DNA from: Azolla caroliniana | Lineage: Eukaryota > Plantae > Polypodiophyta | Direction: 5' to 3' | DNA: 64,000 nucleotides | Assembly: GCA_043228905.1 (NCBI GenBank) | Contig: JBHGNT010000012.1 | Location: 1,302,001-1,366,000 of the forward strand | Shown here: piece after piece, positions 24,501 to 37,881 of the stretch | Numbering within the stretch: position 1 is the stretch's first letter | How the letters are laid out: every line of letters begins with the position of its first letter | Notes under the pieces: generated by a model | Told to the model about the DNA's origin: nothing | What the model saw: only the letters and a program-made list of their open reading frames with translations | Databases searched by the model: none | Translations under genes and position numbers: made by a program

Positions 24501-25265
24501 GCCGGCTTCCGACGCCGCTTTGACTCCCCCTGCTTGTGGAGGGTCTGGAACTACTATTGGCACTGTCTCTTGCCTTTGGTCCTGCTCTGGCCGGCCGCCT
24601 CCATTGCGTGCCGACCCACCTCATCCACCTCGTCCACCACATCCATGTGTACAGCATCCGACCGTCTGATTGAGTGGTCTTGGACCCACTCGCGTGGTTT
24701 TCTTCGATCATCATCATTGATTGCAGCAAGTCGAAGAAGGATGGTGGCTTCTCCCAGGTGCATATCGTTGTCCGGATTGACCCGTACCTTTGCGCTATAC
24801 CATCGAGGCAGATTTGTACCATCTCGTCTTCGTCCACCATCACATTGATGGACCCGAGTGCGTCACAAATCTCCTTTATCTTGGTGGTGTAATTCGTAAC
24901 CGACATTTCTCTTTGCCAGGTGTTGTTCAGCTCTTGCCAGAGCTGCAACTTACGAGTTGTGGTGCTCGCGGCGAAAATCTTCCTCAGATTTCCCCAGGCC
25001 TCCTTCGGCGTTTTTGCATCCTTTATGTAGCCGAGCATCTGGTCGTGCACACAGAACGCGAGGCAGTACAATACTCGGCTCACCCTTTGCTCCCATACCG
25101 GGAAGTTCTCATATGCCTGCTCCGGCGCCACCTCATTTGTTCCTTCCACGAAGCTCTTGTATCCATGCCCTAGCAGGTACTGGTGCATCTTGTATGACCA
25201 AGACGCGTAGTTGCTTAGGTTGAGCTTCTCTGTTAGAAGTGAACTTGCCATTCCTCTGTCCATAT
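21556..25265 (-). pseudogene. decayed host Ty1/copia gag-PR-IN-RT
   Basis: Gag TEKL..SNYASWSYKM, PR WYVDS...HMT, GAG-pre-integrase LWHKRMGH, IN IHSDVWGP and AER.N, RT RLVAKGYAQ, LKKSLYGLKQAPRAW, FEMKDLG; many frameshifts. Confidence 0.9.
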
Positions 25266-25445
25266 CTTCTCTCAGTCTGTTGTTACCGAGTTCTAGGGTT
25301 CGTCTATGAAAGCAATTGTTGGCTACAGAGGTTCTCAACCCTCGTGCTCAAAGGGATCCTTCTCAAAGGGGAAGACTAAGGGTCTTCTACATTCCAAGGA
25401 CGGTGGAGGGATGTCGCATGGGGGGGAGTCCTCGATGGGTAGTTG

Positions 25446-26870
25446 CATTAATTTGTCAACATATAATAAGTTCCCAACAAACTTGAAGCTTGGTTTTTTG
25501 GGAAAAGAAAAATTTGAAGCTTGGACTCAAAGCATACACTCCATTATTTGTGGTGGGTACATAGATACCAAGATACTTAAAGCTTTGTAGATATTGTAAA
25601 TGTTCTCCCATGTATGTAAGAATAGGGTATTGGTGAGGTTGGGTGGTTTGCACTACTATCATTTTTGTTTTATCCACATTTATAGTGAGTCCACTACTTT
25701 GGCAAAATGCTTATAATGCTTCAAGTAAAGGTTGCATACCACCAAAATCATATGAAAAGATAATCATGTTAGCTGCATATTAAAGCAATATGATAACTCG
25801 TTGCCTAAGTTTTGGACAACCTAATCCTTCTTCTCTTGCAACTGTATTCACCAATTCTTCCAATTTATCAATGCATAAACCAAAGAGTGTAAGTGATATT
25901 GGACATCCTTACTTAAACCCCATGTTACTGAAAAAGTATTCTAAGAAATCATTCTCAATTTTTAGTAAGCATCTAAGTTGCTCATATAATCATGCAATGG
26001 CAACTTGATACTCTAATGATGTCCCAATTTCCACCATTTTAATCCAAAGTTCACTTCATGGTACTCTATCAAAAGCTTTTTACAAATTCAAAAAAAACAA
26101 CAATAGAGTGTTTTTCCTTGTAGCCGACTTTCTTCTATAATTGCTCTTAATGTAACCAAATGCTCCATAGAGGAGTGTTTTGCCCAAGTACTTGTTTGTT
26201 TCTACTTTTAGCCCATGCATTTACCTTTCTCCATGATAATGTTATACACCCTCACAATTGTTGAGCTCATCGTGATCGTACCATAATTTTATACTTGATT
26301 CTTATTCTTGCTTAAAAATTTGGCTTAATCCAATTCAGGAGCTAATGAATTTGGCAAAAATTGTTTAATAGATTGATCTATAATTGTCATTATCTAATGA
26401 CAAGTATGTGGCATTTTCCATTTTAAGCGATCACTTATAATGACAATTACATTTGTTGCTTTGCCATTAGCCATCTTTTTTGTTCTGTTATTGGCATATT
26501 CAATATTAATGCATGTATTACAAGGTGTTTCAATGTTCTCAACAATAGGAGTCACTCCCTCATGCATACATAGACTTTGTACATATTCTAGCGACTCTTT
26601 ATTTGTAGATTCATCTTTAATATCTTCTTTCTTACCATAAAGTTGTTGGTTGGAGTTTAAACAAAAATTTCTTTTTCCCTTCTTGCGTTTGGATGTGGTC
26701 TTTTGTTTTCCTCATTATCTTTCTATATTGGTGCAATGCGATGGCCCTTTCACTTTCTTGTTTCGTAGTTTGAAATACATCTACATGGGAAACTAGATCT
26801 TCTTTTTTGTTTTTTTCCAGAAATTTACTACTTCCATTAGTTAAGACAATGTACATAGGATAATATACAG
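25446..26870 (-). pseudogene. highly decayed non-LTR (LINE) reverse transcriptase
   Basis: Minus-strand remnants KAFDRV, G.K.GCPIS.TLFGLCIDKL, a YADD-like motif, FKYLGI. Confidence 0.65.
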
Positions 26871-27513
26871 CAACTCATATCTTACAAAACATGTGCCATG
26901 GATACAAAGTGACTAGCATGTAGAAAGGAATCAACAAAAAAATAAGTTGATAATCATTGTATCAAGAGGGACAAATAGAGGAGGATGAGCAACCTTCCCT
27001 TGGACGATCTGGATTATAACGACATGCATCCGATGAGCACAATATACTCAACTACATACCCTCAAACTGAACCCACATATTTACAATGTTTGGTACCCTC
27101 AGAGGGAACAACCACCATGGTGGCTGATAACTCCACTTTGCATTGTCATCCACCATCTACATCATCAGAGAACCTCTCCATTTCAGGAGGAAATGGCCTC
27201 TCGCTGCTTCACTCGTGTCCAAGGTTCCCTTGTCCACCAACATGCATTTGAAAGCATTAATATCTTACTTCAAGGATTACATTTTTCAAATGTTTCCAAT
27301 TTTCTTTAAACACCATTACCTAAAGAGAACTTTGACAAATGGTTCTCAACTTCTTTTACATATACCCTAGATTTTTTGCAACAATGTTGAATCATGTACA
27401 TTTCTTTCCTCTTTAACTCTACTAAATTTGTAGATGGAGTGTGAGAGTGTAAGATCAGAGTAAAAGGTTTTATGAGGGATATAAGGCCAATATTAAAGGG
27501 ATACAGGGCCAAA

Positions 27514-28000
27514 TAACAATCGGCAACCGTTTGATTTGGTTCAAGAGTGTCAAAACCAAATTGTTTAATAAATAAAAAAACTTGAACTGAACTGAACCAC
27601 GAAACCATTTAAACCAAAATAGTTTAAACCGAATCATTACAAAAAATCCAAACCGTTAAAACCATGGTTTCGTGGTTTGTGGTTCAATTTTTAAGTTAGG
27701 CCAAATTTTAAAATTTTAAAATTTTCATTATTTCAAATTTTAATTTTTCAAAATATTTTAAAGATGTTTCCTAAAATGTGAGAATTAAGCTTTAAAATGA
27801 AAAGGTTATTTAAAATAATATTTTTTTAAAAATCAATTGGCAACCCTAAACCATCAAACCGTTTAAACCACGGTTTCAAACCATTAAAACTGAACTGAAC
27901 TGAACCATTCACCCCCCAAACCAAACCACATTGTTTAACTCATTAAGCCCTTTAGCCCTTTAGCCCTTTAGCCGTTAAACCGAACCATTGCCAATTGTTA
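27514..28000. mobile_element. hAT-like MITE
   Basis: TIR TAACAAT(C/T)GGCAA, degenerate 8-bp TSD GGGCCAAA/GGGTCAAT, many subterminal AAACC/AACCG motifs, AT-rich non-coding core. Confidence 0.65.
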
Positions 28001-29579
28001 GGGTCAATCTTAAATGCAATAGTCGTGGATAGATCACATACCATCATTAATACATGATCTACCACACTTCCTCTACCTTAGGATGGCAAGCATGTGAGTA
28101 CATTTGTCAAAGGAAAAACATGTATACCATTTAAGATAATCAAATTTGTGTAGTCAAGCATATGTATAAAATCTCTTCCATAACTTGTCACAATACAATT
28201 CTTTGAGTCACGAAGACGACAAGCAAAATTTTGTAAAGCCCACGAGCCACAATTACAATAACGTTTGGTTTAGGGCCAATGAAAGAAACAGAGGCAATTA
28301 TAAAACTCTAGTACAAGTACACTCATTTTTGGATTGAGTTGTTGAAAACAAAAACTATTGTTTGTCTTTCTTGACATTTCGATGTGAAATTGATATTTTT
28401 ACATTTCTAATTCATTAGTGTTCATACATCTCATTAGAAAACTATGTATCCTCGATGATTAGTATAGATAATCAACATGTAATAACAATGGCATAAGATA
28501 TAGCACCGACCACATCCATCATACTCAAATAACAGAAGTCATGAGCTTTGTTGTAACTTGTATTAGCAAGAATGTTTATATCATCTTTAACCATTTAAAT
28601 TTGCAGCAATATCTTAAATCTCTTATATGATGTATATAAGGAAGATTTTACATTGCGCTTTAGCATATCATGTCTTGTTTATATCTTAAACTTGACGTCT
28701 AGTCCAACTCTCATTACCTTACAAAGTGTTTATCTAATTACCTATATGATACATCCATCACTTTCATTATAATGCAATCTTATCTTGTTGGATCAAACTT
28801 GTGCTTTATGACACAATGTTATTGAATTTCATCATAACGGAATCAAGACCATAGGTCAACATTGGCCTCCTTGTGGACATTAAAAAACTATTTTGTTTTA
28901 TTCAAATTGTAGCATCTCATCATGATGTTAATTAAATCAAATCTTGAGTATGAACTTGTGACCCAATATTTGGGATTATGTCCAAAGTAGGTGAATGGGT
29001 AGTTAGTTCCTCATTGTAGAGCTACCAAATTATACATATGTTCAAATGCCATGACCTACTTCCAATGATATTTTGACCATATTGAACCCAATTGAAGCCA
29101 TGTGTTTCCCACAAATGTTGACCCACCTCATAATTTCCTATTTTTCCATGCATGAAAGATAACTTTGCTTGTTAGTAAAGACTTTTTTCCCAAACGTGCT
29201 CACGAGCAAAGACTTGATTGCGAGCGACAAATGTTCCCTAGGAAGTAAATGGGTAACTCCACTAAGTCTGTCCTAGTCATAAAGCTAGGTCAATCAAGAT
29301 GAAACCTAGATTTGATGAAAAAGTTAGGTCAAACCACCTTTCAAGGTATAATTTGAAGTTAGGATCCATCCATAATACGTGTTGATCACGGGAGGTTGTC
29401 CAAGCCTTATGACTCATGACTCACAAGTATGGATAGTAATTACTAATAACATCATGATCATGCAATGGCATCTAAAAGCAATAGTGATAAGTTTAAGGTA
29501 AGGAAAGGTGAGTTATAAAAACTACCACTTTTTTAAAAGGACTTCTTGTTTTGACTCTATTATTGCTAGTAGAAGAAAG

Positions 29580-29975
29580 AAGAAATAAGAGAAGAGATGA
29601 AGGCCTCTATAAATATATGAAACTACTAACAAGTTCTCTATGTCCTTAGGATTTAGCACACATTTTAACACTAAACTGATGCTAATACTTATACTACTCC
29701 TTGATACTAACTCTTGCTAGAGACACCCATTTAACCCTTCATTAATCATCCCATCACCATGGACCATCACCATGAGAAGAGAAGAAGGCCTCTATATATG
29801 TGCATACAACTGTACTAACAAGTGCTCTATGTCCTTAGGATTTAGCACACATTTGAACACTAAACTGATCCTAGTACTTAATACCAATCTGATCCTAATA
29901 CTTACACTAGTGTTAGAGACTCTAATTCTGCTAGAGACCCATTAACCCTTCATTAATTTATCCCATGGACCATTC
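29580..29975 (+). promoter_or_regulatory. tandemly duplicated TATA / 5' UTR / ATG module upstream of the VQ gene
   Basis: GAAGGCCTCTATA...CTATGTCCTTAGGATTTAGCACACATTT...TAACCCTTCATTAAT...CCATGGACCAT occurs twice (~29599-29767 and ~29784-29973). Confidence 0.8.
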
Positions 29976-31047
29976 TTGTCATTATAGCAATTTGTTCGGC
30001 GACACCACCACCACCACCGAGGAACATAACTTGACAATGTCATCATCCTCGGGGCCGATGGCACGGGCCGAAGTCTCCGGCATGGCCACCATTAAGGCGC
30101 AAGGGAGACGGCGGTCACGCGCGTCCATCAAGCCGCCCATCCGAGTCCTCCCCGCCCACAAATCCAACTTCCGAGACATGGTCCAAAAGCTCACCGGCAT
30201 CTCGAATGACATTGCGGTCCAAGTCCATCATAATTCTAACCCAAATCCAAGTAACCCATCTAACTCCATGAATCATCCTCATCATCATCACCCCTACCTT
30301 AAGAATCCTCATGCAGATCCAATGATCTACAGCCACTTGCTCCATCCTACTACCCATGCTCCTCACCATGAGCTCCTCAAGCGCCTCACAAATTTTTCTC
30401 CACCACACCTTCTTCAAGATATGCCCACCACTCTCGACACGAGCTCCGCGTACCTCCTCCATCGATCATCATCGCCAGTACGGGCTCCTCTATCAGACAT
30501 TTGCGGCCCAACAAGCTCTACTTGGACGCCCATGGATGATGATTTCACATCAAACCCAACATTCAATAACATCTCTATTGGTGATGATGATATGCATCAC
30601 CATCATGATGTGAAATTATCCCAATCATTATATCCCAATTACTACACTAATAGCATAAATGGTGCTAATTACTTGGGGTCCTTGCTTCATCATCATCATC
30701 ATCATCCTGATGGAAACCTTGTATACACCAATGGTGGATCATCGAGCACGATATTACCACAATATGGTGTGGACGAGACGGACGATGCTTCATGTAATGT
30801 TACTACTCGTGTTGGGGGCACTACTAGTGACCCATGGGGAGCAGGAGGCGCAGACATTGTGCCTTACACCACAACCTTCTCCACACAACCCTCGGTCACG
30901 GATCCGAGAGTGGGCGGCTTGATCATGTCCCGGAGTGGGGTTGATCGTGACCACAAGATGATGTTGTGCCAAGCCGACACATTCATGGCGCGAGCTGCCG
31001 AGCTTGAGAGATTGCTAATGGGCAATGATGATAAGATGGGACAATGA
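29965..31047 (+). CDS. VQ-motif-containing protein (WRKY cofactor family), intronless, 360 aa
   Basis: RRRSRAS...P..VL...SNFRDMVQKLTG matches the FxxxVQxLTG motif; low-complexity His/Ser/Pro body typical of plant VQ proteins. Confidence 0.88.
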   Translation: MDHSCHYSNLFGDTTTTTEEHNLTMSSSSGPMARAEVSGMATIKAQGRRRSRASIKPPIRVLPAHKSNFRDMVQKLTGISNDIAVQVHHNSNPNPSNPSNSMNHPHHHHPYLKNPHADPMIYSHLLHPTTHAPHHELLKRLTNFSPPHLLQDMPTTLDTSSAYLLHRSSSPVRAPLSDICGPTSSTWTPMDDDFTSNPTFNNISIGDDDMHHHHDVKLSQSLYPNYYTNSINGANYLGSLLHHHHHHPDGNLVYTNGGSSSTILPQYGVDETDDASCNVTTRVGGTTSDPWGAGGADIVPYTTTFSTQPSVTDPRVGGLIMSRSGVDRDHKMMLCQADTFMARAAELERLLMGNDDKMGQ

Positions 31048-33779
31048 TTTGCCCCATTCCCATGGATCTAGTAGCACCATTAATGCTAGTGTGGTGAACA
31101 CTACAGGCCCATTAATTACACACTCCAAGTTGGTTTACCAATGTCTCTAGTGGTCACCTTAATGTCCATATGACTCAAATATTCACCCAAAATGGTGGCA
31201 TTAGCCATAAGTCATTGATCATTTGGCCTTATCTTTCATGTTGTACTCCTTAATTCACTTGGTCATTCTTAACAAGTTATTCACAACCTTGTTTGTCATG
31301 GGACATGTACATATTATCTTCATGTATCTAACTAATATCTCATCTCAGCCCCGACTAAGTACCCTACCGCTCACATTGTTTCACTTTTCTAATTTTCGGT
31401 TCACACTCACTTCAAGTTCATTGTAAGTAACAATGGCATGGAGAGGATTAAATTGTTCCTTGCTTTGATAGGGTTTCCAAATTACCACGCCTTTGTGCCT
31501 ACATGTGTAACCATTTAACAACTTTATGTCACCCGTAAGAATCATTTATAAGAATATCCGATTTGATGTGAATGTTCCATGTTATTTGAAATGGGTGTGG
31601 ATCGATTTTGGTGGGCTAAGGCCATTGAAAGTTACATGTTAGGTCTTGATCTTGCAAAGTCGCCTCTAACAATCTCAAACTAAACTAAATCGACATGTCT
31701 AAAACCTTCCTCCCAAACTAATATGTATGTGAAAACAATAAGTGCTCACGTGGAATAAGATGAGATATGTTTGCAAAGGGAATGTTGAATACTCCATCAT
31801 GTTCTTATAAGCATCTAATTGAATTTGTCTCGAAACTCTTTAAAACATGGGTTACGTATAACTTGATATGTTCAAGGAGATACAGACAACAATGATCTAA
31901 CATTTTCTCAAAAACATTTGTTTACTAACATCAATTGTCGTAGAATTACTAAGCCATAATATGCACACGTAAGATGATGTTTAAATAGCCATTTTTCTGT
32001 AACTGGCACATTCATATATTTTCTTTGTTGCATGAATGTTGGTTGTCTTGGACATTCCATGTTTAGATTTTGCATTCTCAATTCCAATTTGGGTCCTCTT
32101 GACTTTCCATGCCATATTTCAAATGATATCTATATATATTTGTAGCCTTTGGATTAATTATGCATTTATATTTCATATGTCAGCAAGATACAAACCAACT
32201 TGCATTGCAAGTTAGTATACATATTTGATTATCATCATGCATGAAGCCCTCCTTTACATGAATCATACATACCAACTTACAATACCAAAACTTGAGCTAG
32301 TTATACACCTTTGGAACATACATGACTAATAAAAAACATGTAAAAGCCTCTTAACAAAGTTGTGGAAGAACTTACATTGCATTTGTTTAAACATAATCTT
32401 GAATTAAACTCCACTATCAAAATGTTTTAACTTTCATGAGCCGGGCCAAATGTTGACAATATTTAATTCTAGAATTTTCACAAATTTCTAGACAACCCAA
32501 TGGTGAACAGTGCAAGATGAAGTCAATTTTGTGTTCATTGATGGTGGAACACCATGGTTTTGGACCCCATTATGAAAAAGATCAGCTTACTTTAATATTG
32601 TGTTAAAACTTAACACATTTCACAAATTTTCAACATATTAAAGTTATGGAAGTTGATTTCATATACATGGATCACTTTAACAACTTTGGATATGATGTTA
32701 TTGACGTGACACTTATCTTGATATTCATTTCAATGTCTTGGAGCATTCAAATTTATTTCGATTTCAAAATTCTCATGGAAAGAGATGATCTTAAAGTTAA
32801 CATTAGTTGTATTTATCATTAAATTGTTGTGTAATAATGCAAATTCATATTAACACTATAGTGGACTAGCTATGTTAGAAAGATGTTTATGCATCTTTGA
32901 CGATTAGCATTAATGTAGCTTAAAACTATAGTTGACCTATTGTTGTGGCTTATGATTTGGTTGAGCATTCAAATGATTTTATAGTTGTAATGAGGTTTTG
33001 TTTCCAACCATCTTTTTCTATTCCATGTCACAAGAGACATTTATGGAATACATTAGCAACGAATCTATAGGAAACATGCCTCCTCCATAACTTTAAAATG
33101 ACCTTTAATGGGCAATACATACATTATTCTATGCACTTCCATCTTTATGCATGTTCTTGTTGTCTCTCTTTTCTTCACTTTGTATAATGTTCTTGGTCAC
33201 TATTGTGTCATAAAATGCTTTTGAAAAGGGATTCTCCTTCTAGCAATGTGTGTATTGTTGGGCCAATCTTAAACCATGTCCATGTAACATATTATGTTAT
33301 ATGGTTATCTTGATATACATAGTTATCTTGAGTATGTATATCAAAGATCATGAACTCGCCCATTTCATCAGAAAAACTAGGCAAGTATCCTACAATATAT
33401 GATAGAAATGCCAATTATCTCCTTGCAAAATTGCATACTCTAAACAATAAAAAGGCTCACTAGAGTCTCGTATGTATGATTGTTGTAAATTACAACAATC
33501 ATACATACGACAGTCTTGTGCATTGTCATACCTCCTTGGCCAAGACAAGTAAGTGGTATATGTCGCATGAAGTCTAGTCTTCATTCCCTTCTTCAATTCG
33601 ATATCTTGTAACTTATTATGTTACATGATAATTGGACTTTGACTTTATATAGTTGACAACAATGTTCACTTACCAATGCGGCTTTTCTAGATTTGTTTAT
33701 GATAGATTCGAATTATAGTTAAGATAGGAAATATATCACCTTCCTTGTTGAACTTAACTATAAAAGCATTATGGTACAA

Positions 33780-33805
33780 ATATATATATATATATATATA
33801 TATAT
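33780..33805. repeat. (TA)n microsatellite
   Basis: Direct reading. Confidence 0.9.
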
Positions 33806-36800
33806 CAAGATTAAAAATGTTGTCATAAACTACTTCTTGTAACATGCCTAACATTATAACGACAAAGATGCCAAACCATGGCGCTAAGAATACTTAAGGG
33901 GTATATCTAGTTTAACTATTGGAAGTTGGCCACAGAACATATGGAGCTTAGAATATTAAAGAGGTTTCCTAGGTCATAACTACCAAAATGTGGGTTGTGA
34001 CCAAAGGCATATGAAGAACCTTTTTCTCAGCCAAAGTTGCAAAGATTTGAGAATGTCCAGTTTGGTTTTTCATATATTTTGTAAGTAAAAACACACATGT
34101 TAAGCCAATTTGCATGTAGTTTGGGTTGTGCGAAGGGAAAGCAGAAGCTAAAAGAGATGTATAAGTGGCCTACACAATAACTTTCAAACATGTGGACTAC
34201 ATCCAAGTCAACTAATGTTTGAAACTTATATTGCAGACTATAGTTATTATTATTATTGGCATTAAAAATGTGTGAGATACCCTTATCTAGTCTAAGTCTC
34301 TAAAGGTAAAGATGTGAGTTTTGCTTTTCTTGCTTTATTAGTCAAAGAATTAATAACCTCACTTGGAATCCTCTTTTACACTCTTTAGGTTTTGTTCTTT
34401 TTTTCTGTATCTTTCTTTTTTTGTTAAATAAAGGTTACATTTTATCCATATGCTTGTTCTCTACTGAAATTCTTTTTCTTTGTTCTTTTTCTACCCATTG
34501 ACTGACTCTCTCATTCATCCGTGTTCCCGCGTTTCGTAAAGTTTCAATTTGTTTATTGAGCCAACAGTGACTTCCTCTAGGTTAATCGTAAGTGTTTGTG
34601 TTTTGGTTGCCCTAATAAAGACAATCTTTGTTTCATTCTTGTTCATCGTTGGTCATACGCATACACACCGTGACACCATAATATTTGGGATTTATAATCT
34701 TTCTTTTTCGAGTCATAATAGGTGGAACATCTGAGTTTCCTTTCAAGCTTCAATTAATACAACAATTATGAGAAATGAGAAAATATCAATGAGTCCATTG
34801 CGTTCAATTCAAATATTGTAAATTCCTTGTTGGATTTGTTCCTTTTACAAAAAAACATTCTAAATGAAAAGTCCAACAATTTGACTAGTATTTAGGGAAT
34901 GAGGGATCCTTTTTTCTTGAATATTGTGATGACTCACTCAAACAAGTCTCCAAATTACCTACTATATTTCCCTTTTTTCTACATGACATGTCACAATCGA
35001 AGATTGCTTTCATGCTAGCTTGCTCAACGCACCCACTCTCTACCTTATTCCCTTCATTACAAATTGTACCCTAATTTTTGTAAACATGTATGTAGTGGGC
35101 TCAAGTCACCTTCAAATATTTCATTGTCAACTTTGAAGTTGTACTTCTAGAAGCTTGACCAATTCTAACTTATATAATGCAAAATTCCATCATTCTTTTG
35201 CCTAGTTAATTTCATAATTCCATGCTATTTTTCCTTCATGACATTTATGAGTAATGTTATGCTTATATAATAGATTCCCTTTGTCCTCCACTCCATGTTT
35301 GCATTTGCTCCTTGCTTTGCCCTCCACTTGGAGTTTGCATTTGAAAGTACATTTTTCAAACTACAATTTGAAAGAATCATTCTGACCTTTACTTAAATAG
35401 TTGAAATATAAAATTTCCTTCAAAACACCAAGCAAATATGGAGGGGGGAGAGAGAGAAAACAGAAAGAAAGTTAAAATTGCAAAGCAAGTTGGAAGATGG
35501 TATTCTTTTCTTAAAGATAACACCACTTTACTCTTTTACCACAATCTTAAACTACAAGGGATCTTTTTATACTCCTATTGATATGAGGAGTATAGTAGGA
35601 ATTCTCCATTAAATAAGTGTTATAAGTCACCAGTGCTAGTTTTTGGAATCCTTGTCTCTAAACATGTGAATATACATGGTTCAACTCATCATCAATGAGC
35701 AGACAAAGCTTTTATTTGTTCATGACTCTACTTTAGTGTCAAGTGTCTATTATTACTAATTAATAAACCAAATTAAAGTAAAAGAAAGTGAATAGATTGA
35801 ATAGAAGAACCTGTTCCTCCCAACCACTTACAAGCTATGATCAAGACACAGTCAACCTACAACTAATGTCCCACATCGATGGATATTAGGATGACTAGTA
35901 TCTTGGAACAGGTAACATGCTTATCGTGACATAAGACTAGCCTGCACTATTGGTGTCTCAAGACTTCATTCTTTCGATGTAATTTTATGAGGGTAACATT
36001 AGTGAATATGCCCTTCACTTATGTTCTGTAAATATTAGTGACTACCCTCACCTTCATTATGTGTGCATAACATTAAGGGATCCGACTTTGATCACATTGG
36101 AATTTTCTTTCACTACGATGTTGTATAGTTACGTTAAAGGTTCACAAATGTCGCTCGATAATATTTGAATTTCTTTTTATATCGTGAAACAATTGCTCCA
36201 TGACAACGTTCTCAACTTTGATCCATCCCTATACAACGTTCTCTAACAACCACATTTTGCACTCCTAGATTGCAACATTGATCAGCAAATGTCGTGATCA
36301 TAAAGACTCAACTATAACTCTACAAACACCGTGTGAAAATGTTTCAACATTAGTAACCCCCTTGATAATATTTGGCTTTTGAAAACAATAATAAAATTTC
36401 CACCTCTCATTGATATATATTACTTCAAAATGAATGTTATCTTTGAAGGACATAAATCTATTCAAAGAACACTAGATTGTGAACTAAAGATGAAGATATA
36501 CATAAAGGTTACAATTGCCAATGTTATATCAATTTGATTATCATATTATATTGACTCTCAAAAGGCAAAGTTGATATCAACAACTTCATGATTGTGTGAA
36601 AACATTTCAATCCTTGGGCAACCCTTTTTCGAGCATTGGCTTGAGAAGCCAACTTGATATTAACAAGTTCATCATGGTTTAAAACAATTTTTTGATTATT
36701 CAATCTCTTTGCAATAATTTTAGTAGTAGTGCTTTGAGAAGACCATTATTGGATGAAAATGTGGAAAGTGAATTTGTAAAGGCATAGTTCTAAGGGATTT

Positions 36801-37384
36801 TTTTATTTTCAAATTAAAATGATGAAAATATGTTATACAATGAATGCAATATGAGCCACTTTCTTGATAGATGAATCACAAATGGAACCCCATATCCTCA
36901 AATCGCAAAGAACAAGCCGATCATGTCACTATATTTCACACTTCCAATATTGTTGACCACCTTTGGATCATTAGAAATTTGTTAACTTTTTCAAGTCTTG
37001 GAGATTGTGTGGTTACTACAATAAAACCAATATTTCCTTGATGCCAACCCAACTGGTGTATTTTGATGACTTTTTACCCAAGGAATGTGGGGACTGTACT
37101 AAAGGTTATTTATTAGTCCATGTATCAACAATTCTTATGTAGCATGTAGATGTAATGCTTTCATTATGTGTTTTGACACACAATCTCAAACTCTTGTTGT
37201 TAATTGCATTATTATCAAACTAATTAATCACTCATTTTCCTTCCTTTGCACCCATTTCCAACTTAATGGTGTGTCTTTACAAAAGTTCATAATTTTATCA
37301 CCTCTACATCTCTTTAATTAGTTTCAGTGATATCCATTCAAACATTCCTCAAATCTCTTTGATCTTGTCATTCAAGTGCTCAAT

Positions 37385-37655
37385 AAAGTTTTATTAAGAT
37401 TATAATTCTTCTTCTTCTTAATTCTGTAACTAACAATACTACTTAAACACTTTATATTGAACCGACAAGATCGAAACTCCATGGCATAACCTTATCTACT
37501 CACAAACCTTCCATGTACAATCCATTATTTCTTAGTCATTTGAAAAGACCATATGTTCCTTTTTATGATGCACATTGTGGATTTGAAAGAAAGTTTTATT
37601 AAGGTTGTAATGCTTGTTCTTCTTAATTCTGTAACTAACAATACTAGTTAAACAT
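37385..37655 (+). repeat. imperfect ~70-bp direct repeat
   Basis: AAAGTTTTATTAAG...TTCTTCTTAATTCTGTAACTAACAATACTA at ~37386 and ~37591. Confidence 0.7.
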
Positions 37656-37881
37656 ATTACATTTTTTTTTTTTCCAAAATGAAGCTACTTTCCCATTAGT
37701 TAGGAAGGATTATTACAAAAAGACTGTACATGGGGCTTATATACAAATCGGGAAATCTCCCTCCGAACAAGTACAAGAAAATGAGATTAGTTACTTAGCA
37801 TAACGGGTTGACTACTCAATATAAGCAGATACCTATAGCTAAAAATGGTGCCCGTCAATTTTGGCTAGTACGAGACACCTC

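Noticed and set aside
27944-27973. Interstitial telomere repeat
   Set aside because: The unit is TTAGCCCT (8 bp), not TTTAGGG/CCCTAAA, and it lies inside the MITE.
28100-29200. Decayed DNA-transposase remnant
   Set aside because: Only vague coding-like texture; no motif I can support.
31100-37380. Hidden exons or genes in the AT-rich stretch (e.g. ORFs 33390-33596 and 34549-34734)
   Set aside because: Short, no recognisable domains and no consistent splice pattern; probably very old TE debris.
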